NCBI GenBank assembly: GCA_963840455.1
Contig: CAWIYV010000011.1
Span: 32,001-96,000 of the forward strand
Direction of reading: 5' to 3'
Length of the DNA stretch: 64,000 bases
DNA from: Nitrospirota bacterium
GTDB lineage: Bacteria > Nitrospirota > UBA9217
Shown: one piece after another, positions 31,301 to 40,251 of the stretch
How positions within the stretch are numbered: position 1 is the first letter of the stretch
How the letters are laid out: each line of letters opens with the position of its first letter
The notes under the pieces: generated by a model
Database searches by the model: none
What the model was told of the DNA's origin: nothing
Seen by the model: the letters and a program-made list of their open reading frames with translations, nothing else
Made by a program: the position numbers and the translations under genes

Positions 31301-32135
31301 GACCGAGGCCCTCAGAACCCACGGAACCCAGCAGCTTTCCCTGGGGATCGAACTTCTTGATTTTTAGATTTCCGGTGTCGGCGACATAGATGTTTCCATA
31401 GTCGTCAACGGCCAGCCCCCGGGGCCTGTCGAACCCTTCGGCCCCTTTCCCGCTGCTGCCGAAGGACAGGACCTGTTCCCCACGCGCGTCGAAGACGCGC
31501 ACCTTGTTGGCGCCTGCGTCCAGAACCATGATCCTGCCCTGGCTGTCCACGGCCACGTCCACCGGCGACCTCATCGGGTCCTTCTTGTCGGACAAGGTGA
31601 TCTGTCCCAGGAAGATGCCGCCCGTGGTCAGGACCTGTACGCGTTCGTTCCCGGCATCGGCGATGTAGACCAGTCCTCTGGCGATGCTGATGCCGCCCGG
31701 ATCGCTGAACTGCTTCGGCCCCGAGCCGCGGGAGCCGAAGCTCCGGAGGAAGACGCCCTTCCCGTCGAACACCTGGATCCGTCCGTTATCGCCGTCGACA
31801 ACGTACACGCTCCCCTGCTCGTCCAGGGCGATGCCCGACGGGTACTTAAACTGGCCTTCCTGGTCGCCCTTCTTGCCCCAGCTCTGGATGACCTGGCCGG
31901 ACAAGTCGAGGACGACAACTCGGTGCGCGTCGGAGTCGGCGATGTAAATCCGATCGACGGCAAGGGCAAGGGCACGGGGCTCGTTCAGGAGACGCTGGGG
32001 GGCCTTCTTCCCGGCCTCGCCCATTTCGCGCACGAACTCGAACTGCTGGTAGGCGAAGGCTGGAGCAGCGAGGGAGAAGTTGAAGAGGACAAGAAACGAG
32101 ATTGCACAGCCTATACGGGAGCGGTCAATAACCAT
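28320..32135 (-). CDS. Large secreted NHL-repeat + Fn3 + transglutaminase-like + TPR protein
   Basis: Two sets of NHL repeats, two Fn3 domains (LSW...YRVYR...YYYQVTAV), YVQYPRDTL..SGDCDD..PGHVF..PVE, C-terminal TPRs. Confidence 0.85.
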   Translation of the reverse strand: MVIDRSRIGCAISFLVLFNFSLAAPAFAYQQFEFVREMGEAGKKAPQRLLNEPRALALAVDRIYIADSDAHRVVVLDLSGQVIQSWGKKGDQEGQFKYPSGIALDEQGSVYVVDGDNGRIQVFDGKGVFLRSFGSRGSGPKQFSDPGGISIARGLVYIADAGNERVQVLTTGGIFLGQITLSDKKDPMRSPVDVAVDSQGRIMVLDAGANKVRVFDARGEQVLSFGSSGKGAEGFDRPRGLAVDDYGNIYVADTGNLKIKKFDPQGKLLGSVGSEGLGPGQFIKPSGIKVDREARIHLLDSGKHTLQVFTSEKGAGEPLGPVSPLASVALTKEIPGEVVALAVDKRLWGISGDSVAAINVAGGRKIGARGSEPGMLKNPRGIAVDISGNFWVADTGNDRLQKFNREGSLLQVIGRSGSKEGEFNSPSAVALTLKGNIVCADTGNRRVQVFSAKGLFLGAFGRPGGQKGQFAEPVALAVDGSENIYVVDRGNNRIAKYDHSGALQWEAGKAGRLDGEFKDPEGIVLSPDGEVYVLDGGNARVQVFDREGKFLRKFGNEGKGPGEFRSPAGLALEGGTRLYVGDRGNNRVQVFTLLLTPSVPADVAAQPKMNEVQLSWKPNPESVLEHYKIYRADAPNAEFRFLASTAEPFFVDRGLPSNRAYHYRVSGQAREGNESAPSKTVSAVTPRLVPTSPKKMRIDAAEKQITLSWIPNLEPFVDHYRVYRTRQLGTGFEQVGKIDRPLFVDGALTDEALYYYQVTAVGKEGDESPPGEVVFATTPRASLTAPPVEIVRIEMREIFASAYKHYESHPLGKVVLRNNTDNPFPAAMLTFSIKDYMDFPTEIAVLEVGPKQEADLLIKPVFNNRILEVTENTPLQSEAALTFYIAGEAKTVKRSFPVTLYERHAMTWDQKIRIGAFVTPKDPPVADFARSVIQPYVDAYPNLHPSLVYARTLYAALGVYGLSYIVDPTSPFQEFSEKAGAVDYVQYPRDTLARKSGDCDDLSILFLAALENIGIGTALVDVPGHVFIMFNTGLAEADKQSLGFPDSLLIIHRGTVWVPVEMTMVGSTFTRAWQKGAEEYRDWLAKGKTDIIEVQKAWEQFSPVTLPPTDMRQIKIKQEDIEAKFKDELETLGRQRLTNLSAGYLAALRKTPDDATALAQLGILYGENGMYAEALEQFQKLLAVDKQNAMALNNIGNIYLLQERLDDARQAYEASLKAEPRDTGTMVNLARVHLRAGRKDEARKVFRDAVAEDPRVLRRYGDLAAELGVTK

Positions 32136-32380
32136 GGAACCCTCCAGGCATGATCGGCGTTGTTCGGCATGGCAGACCTCTGAACCGGCGCTTATCGGAT
32201 GATCCTATTTGCGGATGAAGGAAGCAGCGAACGGCCTACGGTCCTATCATGGTGACTTCTACGGCTATAGTATAGCACAATGCAGTCGTAAAACAAAATA
32301 GAAAAGTTATACCCAATAATTATTGCTATACCGTCGGAATCCCCTTGTTCGCGTCCGTACGGACTGATCCGGTTATTCAT

Positions 32381-32409
32381 TTGACATTCAGTCCTTAATT
32401 AGGTATTTT
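32381..32409 (+). promoter_or_regulatory. sigma70-type promoter
   Basis: TTGACA-17 nt-TATTTT. Confidence 0.55.
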
Positions 32410-32432
32410 TTAGTGGATTATTCATTTACCTC

Positions 32433-34335
32433 ATGAAAACAAACCTTCCCATATGTATGCTCGCTGCGCTCAGTCCCCTGCTCCTTTTATTCACGTCAAA
32501 TACGGCTTCAGCAACAATAACGCGCGTCGTTGTCACGACCAGCGCCCAATGTCCCGCCGACACGGTCACGACGCCGTGCTATACCAATCTGCAGACCGCC
32601 ATGGATAATACTGAGGACGGCGATACCATTCTGGTCAAACCGGGCACCTACGTGGGGAATTTTTCCTTGAACAACAGGAGTGTCACGCTTGCCGGTCTCG
32701 AAACTGCGAGCACATTTCTCTCCGGCGGCGGAGCGGGTACGGTCCTGACTATCAACGCTTCCACGACCTTAGCCACGACCGTCAGGAATCTAACCTTCAT
32801 TAATGCCGCGGCGGGATTCGTAGTCCGGAACTCCACATCGGCGGTCAATATCGCGAACAACATCTTTGAGGTCGGGACCGGCAGCACGGCAGTCCAAACT
32901 CAGGCATCTCAAGCGACAACGATCCAGAACAACATGTTCTATCTGAATGGGAATGGCATAATATCCGATACGAACACCCTCAGCATCATCAACAACGTCT
33001 TCATCCAGGACAGCAATGGCCTTGCGATCAGACCAACCACCATAAGCCTCGCATCCATCCAGAACAACCTTTTTAATGGCGGCACGATCGGCATTCCGAA
33101 CATCGTCTTGAACTCCACGGACCTGACCAACCCGGACAATAAACTGAATCTGGCGAATGTCGATCCCCTGTTCGTCAATCCCGACAATACGGACATCACC
33201 CAGAGGGATTTTCATTTGAAGAGCGGCAGTCCCTGTCAGGATGCGGGTAATGCGCTAGCCGGGGTAGACAGCGTTGATAGTACCAAACCGGACATCGGCG
33301 TCTATGGTGGTCAGTCTTCCGACACGATCCCAAAATCCATCACGGTCCTTTCCTCTGCCGCGACTGCATCTGCCCCCTTCGACATCACCCTCACCTGGTC
33401 GGCCAATCCGGCTTATACGGTCAAGGGCTACAAGGTCTACTACGGTTACCAGCCGGGTACGTACAACGGGAATGACGCCCTGTCAACGAGCGGAACAGGG
33501 ACCGTAAACTCGCCGATCGATGCAATGAACGTGACCATCTTCACGCTCAATGGTCTCAGCCCGTCGTCGGTCGTACCGGCCACTCCGACGCTGTTCACGC
33601 CCGGTGAACGCAATCAGAGCCTGTCCCTCTCGTGGTCTCCGGTCGCCAATGCCACAAGTTACACTGTCTATTCCGGCATTACGTCAACGTCGGAGATCGT
33701 CATACCGGGCATCACCACCCCGGGATACACCCTCACAGGGCTGACGAACGGCCAGTTGTATATGGTCCAGGTCTCCGCGAGTCTTCCAGGCAAAGTACTA
33801 CCTTGCCGTCACGGCCTACGATGTCAATGGTCAATCCGGCGGAGTCCCTGGTAGTTCCCATGAAAGCGCCTATTCATCCCCCGAAGAGGCCGTGCCGGTA
33901 GGCCCGGTGAGCGAAAGCGGCCTTTCGAACGTCATGACCGGCATACCACAGATGATCAATCCTTACCCCAACCTTCCGAACAACGGATGCTTCATCGCCA
34001 CGGCGGCGTACGGATCGCCGAACAATCGCGCCGTGATGGTGCTCCGGGAGTTCCGTGACCGCCATCTCGTAACGAATGCGCCGGGCAGGGCCTTCGTCAG
34101 GTGGTACTACGCGAATTCACCCGCTGCGGCACGGTTCATCAACGACCATCCTGCGCTGAGGCCAATCGCACGGATCGTCCTTGCCCCTGCTGTTGCCATT
34201 GCCCTGTTGCTTACCCGCACATCCCCGGCTGCACAGGCGGCAGTCCTGGTCATGCTGACCGCTCTCGCGTCCGTCCTATTCCGCAGGCATCGAACGCAGC
34301 GATCCCGCGCGCTTATAAAGGAAACCTCCGAATAG
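32433..34335 (+). pseudogene. Surface protein (beta-helix + Fn3 + CFI-box-CTERM) split by one frameshift near 33780
   Basis: GDTILVKPGTY, FHLKSGSPCQDAG, Fn3; second frame [13 protein letters not shown] runs into [11 protein letters not shown]...LREFRD and a TM tail. Confidence 0.75.
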
Positions 34336-34337
34336 CC

Positions 34338-34988
34338 ATGCGAAACACCTTTTTCCTCACCATCCTTATCCTGGCGCTCCCCGCAGCTGCACTTGCCGCG
34401 TCACCATCCGTCGACCGGCCGCACTGGTCCCTTGAGGTTAAGGGCGGGTACTTCTATCCGGACATCGATAACTGGAAGAACTACTATGGTGACGACAAGA
34501 CCTGGCACTACGCGGGATCACTGGCCTACAAACTGGTCAGGCAGGTGGATGTCGGGGTCGAGGCGGGATACATCAAGGACCGTGGCCAGGGGAAAGGTGC
34601 TATCAGCGGTGTGATCGCCGGGAACGTGACCTACGAGCTTGCGCCGCTCAATGTGTTCGTCCTGTTCCGAGGAAAGTTCAGCGAGACACAATGGCTCGTC
34701 CCCTACGCAGGCGGCGGGTGGACGAGGATGTTCTATAAGGAGAAGATCGAGGCCCAGAGCACGGTGAGAGGTCATGCCGACGGATACCACGGCCGTGCGG
34801 GACTGCAGTTCCTCCTTGACGATGCCGACGGCACCGCCTCCCGGAACCTATACACCGATTACAGCATATACCATACGTACTTCTTCCTCGAAACCCAGTA
34901 CAGCCGCGTGATGATAAACGACCTCACCGGCACATCCGTCAACCTCGGAGGGACCAGCTACCTCGTGGGTCTTCTGTTCGAGTTCTAG
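34338..34988 (+). CDS. Outer-membrane beta-barrel protein (MXAN_2562-like)
   Basis: Signal peptide, QWLVPYAGGG, GLQFLLD, amphipathic strands, C-terminal LLFEF. Confidence 0.75.
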   Translation: MRNTFFLTILILALPAAALAASPSVDRPHWSLEVKGGYFYPDIDNWKNYYGDDKTWHYAGSLAYKLVRQVDVGVEAGYIKDRGQGKGAISGVIAGNVTYELAPLNVFVLFRGKFSETQWLVPYAGGGWTRMFYKEKIEAQSTVRGHADGYHGRAGLQFLLDDADGTASRNLYTDYSIYHTYFFLETQYSRVMINDLTGTSVNLGGTSYLVGLLFEF

Positions 34989-35120
34989 GAACACTGCGGA
35001 TACGTCAAAGATACGGCAGCAAGTAAATCACCAACGAAGAACACCTTATGAGATTAATCCTTTTTCCCGTTGGGTTGCTCTTATTTCCTTGCCCTCCCTG
35101 TTGACCCTCAGGCTCAACAG

Positions 35121-35210
35121 GCATACTGCGTCAAGTGTCATGGAAAATTGGTACAAGGCAAGCACGTCCATGGTGTCATGGAATCTCCCACCGGATGCAT
35201 TGTCGGCCAT
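35121..35210 (+). pseudogene. Remnant of a multiheme cytochrome c gene
   Basis: YCVKCHGKLVQGKHVHG...GCIVGH; second CxxCH degenerate, no intact start. Confidence 0.45.
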
Positions 35211-35309
35211 CTTCGCGTATCAGCTCATCCTATTGGATGCTCAAATAATAAAAGCCGCGAAATGATCCCTTCACGGCTTATGCTTTTCCGTTGAACCGTC
35301 CGGTGTGGG

Positions 35310-35978
35310 TTACCCGACCACCTGCCCGTCACGGATCTCGATGGTCCTTCCCGCCCGCTTCGCATTGTCCTTGTTGTGCGTCACCATCACGATGGTATGG
35401 CCTTCCCTGTGCAGGTCCTGCAGCATGTCGAGGACATGGTCGCCGGTCCTGGTATCGAGGTTGCCCGTGGGTTCGTCGGCGAGGATCACCGGGGGCTTGT
35501 TCACGATGGCCCGGGCGATGGCGACCCGCTCCTGCTCGCCGCCCGAGAGCTGGGACGGCAGACGGTGCGCCTTGGCGTCGAGCCCCACCTTCCGGAGCGC
35601 TTCCTGCGCTGCGTCCTTCGCCGTTCCGTTCATCCCCGGCTGCACCGTGAGCGGCAGCATGACATTCTCGACAGCAGTGAGGTACGGGATCAGGTAGAAG
35701 GATTGGAACACGAAGCCCAGGTACTCTCGCCGGAAGTCCGAGAGCTTGTTCGGACCCAGAGCGCCCAGGTCGATCCCATCCACTGAGACGACGCCTGAAG
35801 TCGGATGGCTCAGGCCCCCCACGAGGGACAGGAGCGTGCTCTTCCCGGAGCCCGACGGCCCCATGACGGCGACGAACTCGCCGCTCTCAATGCCGAGCGA
35901 TACGCCCCGAACAGCAGGATACTCTTCCTCGCCGGCATGGAATGCCTTGGTCACGTTCTGGAGATCTATGAATGCCAT
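35310..35978 (-). CDS. ABC ATPase, LolD/MacB family
   Basis: [39 protein letters not shown]. Confidence 0.92.
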   Translation of the reverse strand: MAFIDLQNVTKAFHAGEEEYPAVRGVSLGIESGEFVAVMGPSGSGKSTLLSLVGGLSHPTSGVVSVDGIDLGALGPNKLSDFRREYLGFVFQSFYLIPYLTAVENVMLPLTVQPGMNGTAKDAAQEALRKVGLDAKAHRLPSQLSGGEQERVAIARAIVNKPPVILADEPTGNLDTRTGDHVLDMLQDLHREGHTIVMVTHNKDNAKRAGRTIEIRDGQVVG

Positions 35979-36139
35979 GTCTTCTCCTACTTCTTAAATA
36001 CGTTAGTCCGTGCTTTCACCGCAGAGCACGCGGAGAACGCAGAGAACTTCAAATATTCCTTGCTTCAAACTAATACATCAAAGACTCTACCTTCCTGTTT
36101 TCCTCAGCGACCTCTGCGATCTCTGCGGTAAAAAGTTGT

Positions 36140-37303
36140 TTACAATGTTCTTAAGGCCTCGATCGGGTCCAGCCGTCCGGCGCGCACCGCCGGATAGATG
36201 CTTGCCGCGAGCCCCACGATGACCGATGCGATGACCGCGCCCACGGCCATGGCCGGGTCAAAGACGAACTTCAGGTTATAGGCGCTCATGAGGTACGGCG
36301 CGATGAGACGCGGACTGAGCGTGCCGACCGCGTACCCCGATATCCCGGCAAGCAGGCTCACAAAGAACGCCTCGATCAGCAGCACCTGGATGATGTGGCC
36401 GGTCCGGAAGCCGATGGCCCGAAACAAGCCGATCTCCTGCACCCGCTCCTTCACCGACGCCGTCATGGCAAAGAAGATGATCATGCCCGCCACGATCAGC
36501 AGCAGCAGGGAGATGCCGAGCGAGAAGCGATGGAAGTAGTGCATTGCCTGCATCTTGAGCTCCACTGTCTCCTTCACCGCCACGGCCCGCGCCCCGGGGA
36601 GCACGCTGTTCACCTGCGCGACCATGTCCTCGATGGGGCACCCGCTGCAGAGGGCCGCAAGCTCGATGAGGCTGACCGCGTTCCCCTTCTTGAACTGCGC
36701 CTGGACCGTCTTCAGGTCGGCAAAGATCAGCGCATCGTCCTGGGACCCGGTGTTATCCAGCACGCCGGACACGCGGAACGTCCCTCCTCCGAGGATCACC
36801 GTGTCTCCGGGCGCAAGGCCCAGTTTCGCGGCAGCGTCCTTCCCGGCGAGCACCCCGGAAGGGCCGTCGGGCTTCATGCCCGCAGCAACGCGCCACCACT
36901 TCTTCAGTTTGAACTCCGCAGGCAGCTCCGCGCCCGCCACCATCACCTTGGTCCCCTTCACCTCGGTGACGACCAGGAGCTTCGGCGCCACGGTGCTGAT
37001 GTTCTCGTGGTTCTTGATGGTCTTGATCTTCCGGGCGTCCTCCAGGGTCAGCGACCGGCCGCCGGTGTTGATGGCCGAAACGGTCATCCCGCCGTAGGAC
37101 AGCGGCAGGTCCTCCGTGGCCGGGAGCACCAGGATGTTCGCGCCGAACTCGTCGAGCGTGTGCATCACCTCGCGGTTCATGGCGTCACCCACCGAAGTGA
37201 GTGCGACGGCGGCGGCGATCCCCAGGGCCAGGCCCGAGACCAGGAAGAAGGTCCGCCCCTTCTTCCGGCGCAGATTGTTGACGGCGATATCGATGAGTTT
37301 CAT
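36140..37303 (-). CDS. ABC permease, FtsX/MacB family
   Basis: NNLRRKKGRT, ERVQEIGLFRAIG, YPAVRAGRLDPIEAL; periplasmic ALCSGCP. Confidence 0.88.
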   Translation of the reverse strand: MKLIDIAVNNLRRKKGRTFFLVSGLALGIAAAVALTSVGDAMNREVMHTLDEFGANILVLPATEDLPLSYGGMTVSAINTGGRSLTLEDARKIKTIKNHENISTVAPKLLVVTEVKGTKVMVAGAELPAEFKLKKWWRVAAGMKPDGPSGVLAGKDAAAKLGLAPGDTVILGGGTFRVSGVLDNTGSQDDALIFADLKTVQAQFKKGNAVSLIELAALCSGCPIEDMVAQVNSVLPGARAVAVKETVELKMQAMHYFHRFSLGISLLLLIVAGMIIFFAMTASVKERVQEIGLFRAIGFRTGHIIQVLLIEAFFVSLLAGISGYAVGTLSPRLIAPYLMSAYNLKFVFDPAMAVGAVIASVIVGLAASIYPAVRAGRLDPIEALRTL

Positions 37304-37346
37304 GTTCTCTTCCTTGCTTGCCGGCTTGTCAGCTTGCAAGCTGTCG

Positions 37347-37970
37347 TTAGAAGTACTTCGCGCCCTCTTCCAGGTCCTTCGCCTTCACGACCAGCGTCTT
37401 CCCGTCCTGGCTGTTCTTGAGCGGGATCGGGCTGCAGCCGCCGGTGATGTGACCCACATCGGTGGACTTGAAGCTCATGCCGCAGTTATTGCAAACCATG
37501 GTCTCGCCGTTCTGCCGGTAGCCAAGCTTGGCATGGTAGCAGCTCGTGCAGGAGTCCAGCGCCACCCGGACCGTCCCGTCGGACGCCCTGAGCGCGAAGA
37601 ACTTGATGTCAATGCCATTTGCGTTGTATACGAAATAGCTCGCCTCGCTCCCCTTGAGCGCGTCCAGGGGAACTTTCACATCGCCGTTCTCGGCCTTAAG
37701 CGCGGTGTACTGCACATTCCTGTTGCCTTCCCGCGACGCCTGACCCGACATAGGCCGGTCCATGGACCGCGCCCGTGAGGTATTGCTGTAGACCAGCCAT
37801 CCCGCCACGACGAGCGTGATCGCGGCGCCGATGATGATGGACGTCTTCGGGCTCTTCCTTTCGCCGGCGAGGACCCTCGCCTTTTTCTCATCATGCATAC
37901 CGGCACCGCAGGCCTTGCAGAACCTCGCTTCACCCTTCAATTCCACGCCACACTTCGTGCAAACCGCCAT
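37347..37970 (-). CDS. DUF2318 (FtrD/FetA-like Cys-motif) membrane protein with N-terminal zinc ribbon
   Basis: CTKC...FCKACG, TM helix, DSCTSCY, GYRQ, VCNNCG, GGCSPIPL. Confidence 0.8.
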   Translation of the reverse strand: MAVCTKCGVELKGEARFCKACGAGMHDEKKARVLAGERKSPKTSIIIGAAITLVVAGWLVYSNTSRARSMDRPMSGQASREGNRNVQYTALKAENGDVKVPLDALKGSEASYFVYNANGIDIKFFALRASDGTVRVALDSCTSCYHAKLGYRQNGETMVCNNCGMSFKSTDVGHITGGCSPIPLKNSQDGKTLVVKAKDLEEGAKYF

Positions 37971-38152
37971 GACTGCCTCCTTGTATTCACAAAAACAAAG
38001 TAAAAATATTTTCAACAATGTGGAAAAAATTCAACGCTGATGAAGATCGGAAAAAATATGACATCGCTGTTACATCTCTCAGGTCTTACGGCGTAAATCA
38101 TAAGTCTTCATATCTTATCCGCGTTCAATTCCACTTCTCTGGATCTGTCTTG

Positions 38153-39088
38153 CTACATCTCCGTGATCGTTCCATTCTGGTATCGGAGCGATTTTGCGAT
38201 CCTGTTGTTCGACATGATATCCACCTGGATGTGGCAGCCGAAATCGGTCACCTTTGTCTCCACGGGCCCGTTGCCATTCTGCTTGCGCCAGTAAGCGAGC
38301 GCAGCGTCGCGCGCCACGGACCCCTGGCCAGACACCTGCTTGCCGCCTGCCTGGGGAGCACATCCCCGCTTCGATGCACCCTTCGCCGGATCACAGCCCT
38401 GTTTCGCGGCGCCCGGTCCGCCTCCGCCGCAGCAGCCGCAGCCCGATGCCGGAAGTTGTTCCGCCAGGGACACCCTCACCGCTGCCCTCGCCGTCGAATC
38501 CTGCAGCCACTGGTTCAGCCGCATATTGGCATCGGCAGGGCCAGAGGCCCCGGCCGTGACCTTCTCGTCAATGAACTTCCGTATGGCAAGGCGCCGCTCC
38601 AGCCCCTTTCGGAATGCGCCCATGCTCCCGTACTGCTCGTTGATTCTGGCCGCAAAGTCATTCTCGTTAAGACCCGAAGCGGCCCGCATGTCCTGGACCG
38701 CGGCCTGCACCTCCTCGCTCGACACCTGCACTCCCGCCTTCCTGGCCTCCTGCAACGCGATCCGCTCGGTGATGAGCTCAGAAAGCGCCGCATATCGCAT
38801 CCGTCCGAGCGTCTCGGCCGGTACACCGGCGCTGTTCCCGTCAGGCCGGACAAGATCGTCCAGTTCGGCCAGCATGATCTCTTCGCCGTTCACCACGGCA
38901 GCCACGCCACTCGGCAGGATGAACTTGTAATACCCGGCGCCTGCCACAACAAGAATGACCGGAAGGAGCAGCAGCGCGTAGAGGTAGGTCCGACGCTTCC
39001 TCCGGGGGACCGCCATCAAGGTGCTGCCGCAGTTCGCGCAGAAGGCGGCGTCGTTGTCGTTCATGGTATTGCACTTCCCGCAGTTCAT
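38153..39088 (-). CDS. Zinc ribbon + TM + SurA N-terminal-like domain + Cys-rich domain protein
   Basis: CGKC...FCANCG, AVVNGEEI, QEARKAGVQVSSEEV, GCGCCGG, DFGCH. Confidence 0.75.
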   Translation of the reverse strand: MNCGKCNTMNDNDAAFCANCGSTLMAVPRRKRRTYLYALLLLPVILVVAGAGYYKFILPSGVAAVVNGEEIMLAELDDLVRPDGNSAGVPAETLGRMRYAALSELITERIALQEARKAGVQVSSEEVQAAVQDMRAASGLNENDFAARINEQYGSMGAFRKGLERRLAIRKFIDEKVTAGASGPADANMRLNQWLQDSTARAAVRVSLAEQLPASGCGCCGGGGPGAAKQGCDPAKGASKRGCAPQAGGKQVSGQGSVARDAALAYWRKQNGNGPVETKVTDFGCHIQVDIMSNNRIAKSLRYQNGTITEM

Positions 39089-39106
39089 GCTTGATACCTC
39101 CTTGAA

Positions 39107-39152
39107 TCCAAGTGCGAGCGCATTCCCCCGCAGCTTGCTGGGGGAGTTTCAA
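39107..39152 (+). mobile_element. Collapsed single-hairpin derivative of the 113-bp element
   Basis: TGAA then tccaagtgcgagcgcatt-cccccgcagcttgctggggg-agtttcaa; both ends kept, middle lost. Confidence 0.75.
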
Positions 39153-39174
39153 TGTCAATGTCGGATAAAGATAA

Positions 39175-39190
39175 AGCAAAACCATTGCCA
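39175..39190 (-). promoter_or_regulatory. sigma54 promoter for the SurA-like/DUF2318/ABC operon
   Basis: Minus strand reads TGGCAA-TGGTT-TTGCT. Confidence 0.6.
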
Positions 39191-39357
39191 TCAGACGGAC
39201 TCTGAAAAATCAACAAGATAGCTGCTTAGGTGTGCTGATTCAATGCCGCGGGTGTGGGATTTGATACAGTGAGTTGATGAGAACGTACAGTATTGATGGA
39301 TTTCTGCGGCGGGGGGAACGCGCTCACCTGCAATATCTTAGGGAAGGAGAAAGGGAG

Positions 39358-39390
39358 AAAAAGGCCGGACAAAAAAATGTCCGGCCTTTC
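39358..39390 (-). terminator. Terminator of the tusA-like gene
   Basis: aaaggccggaca-aaaaaa-tgtccggccttt. Confidence 0.7.
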
Positions 39391-39444
39391 AGAATAGATC
39401 TGCTCCGCATCCGGTCTGAACCGGTGGGACGATACGCACAGGTC

Positions 39445-39693
39445 TTACGGCTTCTTGATGAAGAGCTCCCACATCCCCTTGTCCTCGATCTTTACAGACT
39501 CAAAGGTAAAGCCGCTCTTCTCGCAGTAGCGAGGGATGCTGTCCTCGGCAGATGCCGGGGCATCGCACAGGACCTTCAGGATCTGGCCGCTGCTAAGTTT
39601 CTCGACCGCTTTCTTGGTCAACAGAAGCGGGTAGGGACATACCCTGCCCAGGGTGTCCAGAGTTTGTGCCGGCGTTTCGGTCTTCAGTGACAT
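39445..39693 (-). CDS. TusA-family sulfur carrier
   Basis: LDTLGRVCPYPLLLTKKA; GAGGAGG RBS. Confidence 0.9.
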   Translation of the reverse strand: MSLKTETPAQTLDTLGRVCPYPLLLTKKAVEKLSSGQILKVLCDAPASAEDSIPRYCEKSGFTFESVKIEDKGMWELFIKKP

Positions 39694-40114
39694 TAGCGTT
39701 TCCTCCTCATACGAGTTTCAAATTCAGGCCGTTCGATCTGCCCGTTTGTTCAAGGTCGGAAATTCGATGCTCGCGGTCACAGCGGAAAAATATCCGCGAA
39801 TGACTTCGCGGGATCGATCCTCCGTATAAAGTATAGTACCTTAACAAAAACCTTAGGTCGTGTCAATACTCGTTTTCCTCCTATTAAAAAAACAAATACC
39901 GAAATACCGCAAGCACGGCTGAGCGCCTATTAAAAAGATTCATCGCTTCATAATGAGACTTTATAAGATACTAGACGGTCTCTTCTTGCATTTTATTTTT
40001 TTTTATATTATCGTTCACGCATCCACAACACTCCATTGCACTATGCAACAAAATTGCGGATTATAGAAGACGATAACATTCTATACCCTGCAACTATGTG
40101 ATAGAAGCCCTAAT

Positions 40115-40141
40115 CCCGTAGCTTGCTGCAGAGAGCTTCAA
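40115..40141 (+). mobile_element. Right-end remnant of the 113-bp element
   Basis: cccgtagcttgctgcagagagcttcaa. Confidence 0.6.
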
Positions 40142-40251
40142 TGCCGATTCCTCAGGAACGGTACCCACGGCAATATTGGCTCTATTCTGTCAATAAATTA
40201 AAAAATTAAAACCGTTGAGCTTGCGGCAACATTGACCAAAGGAGGATACCA

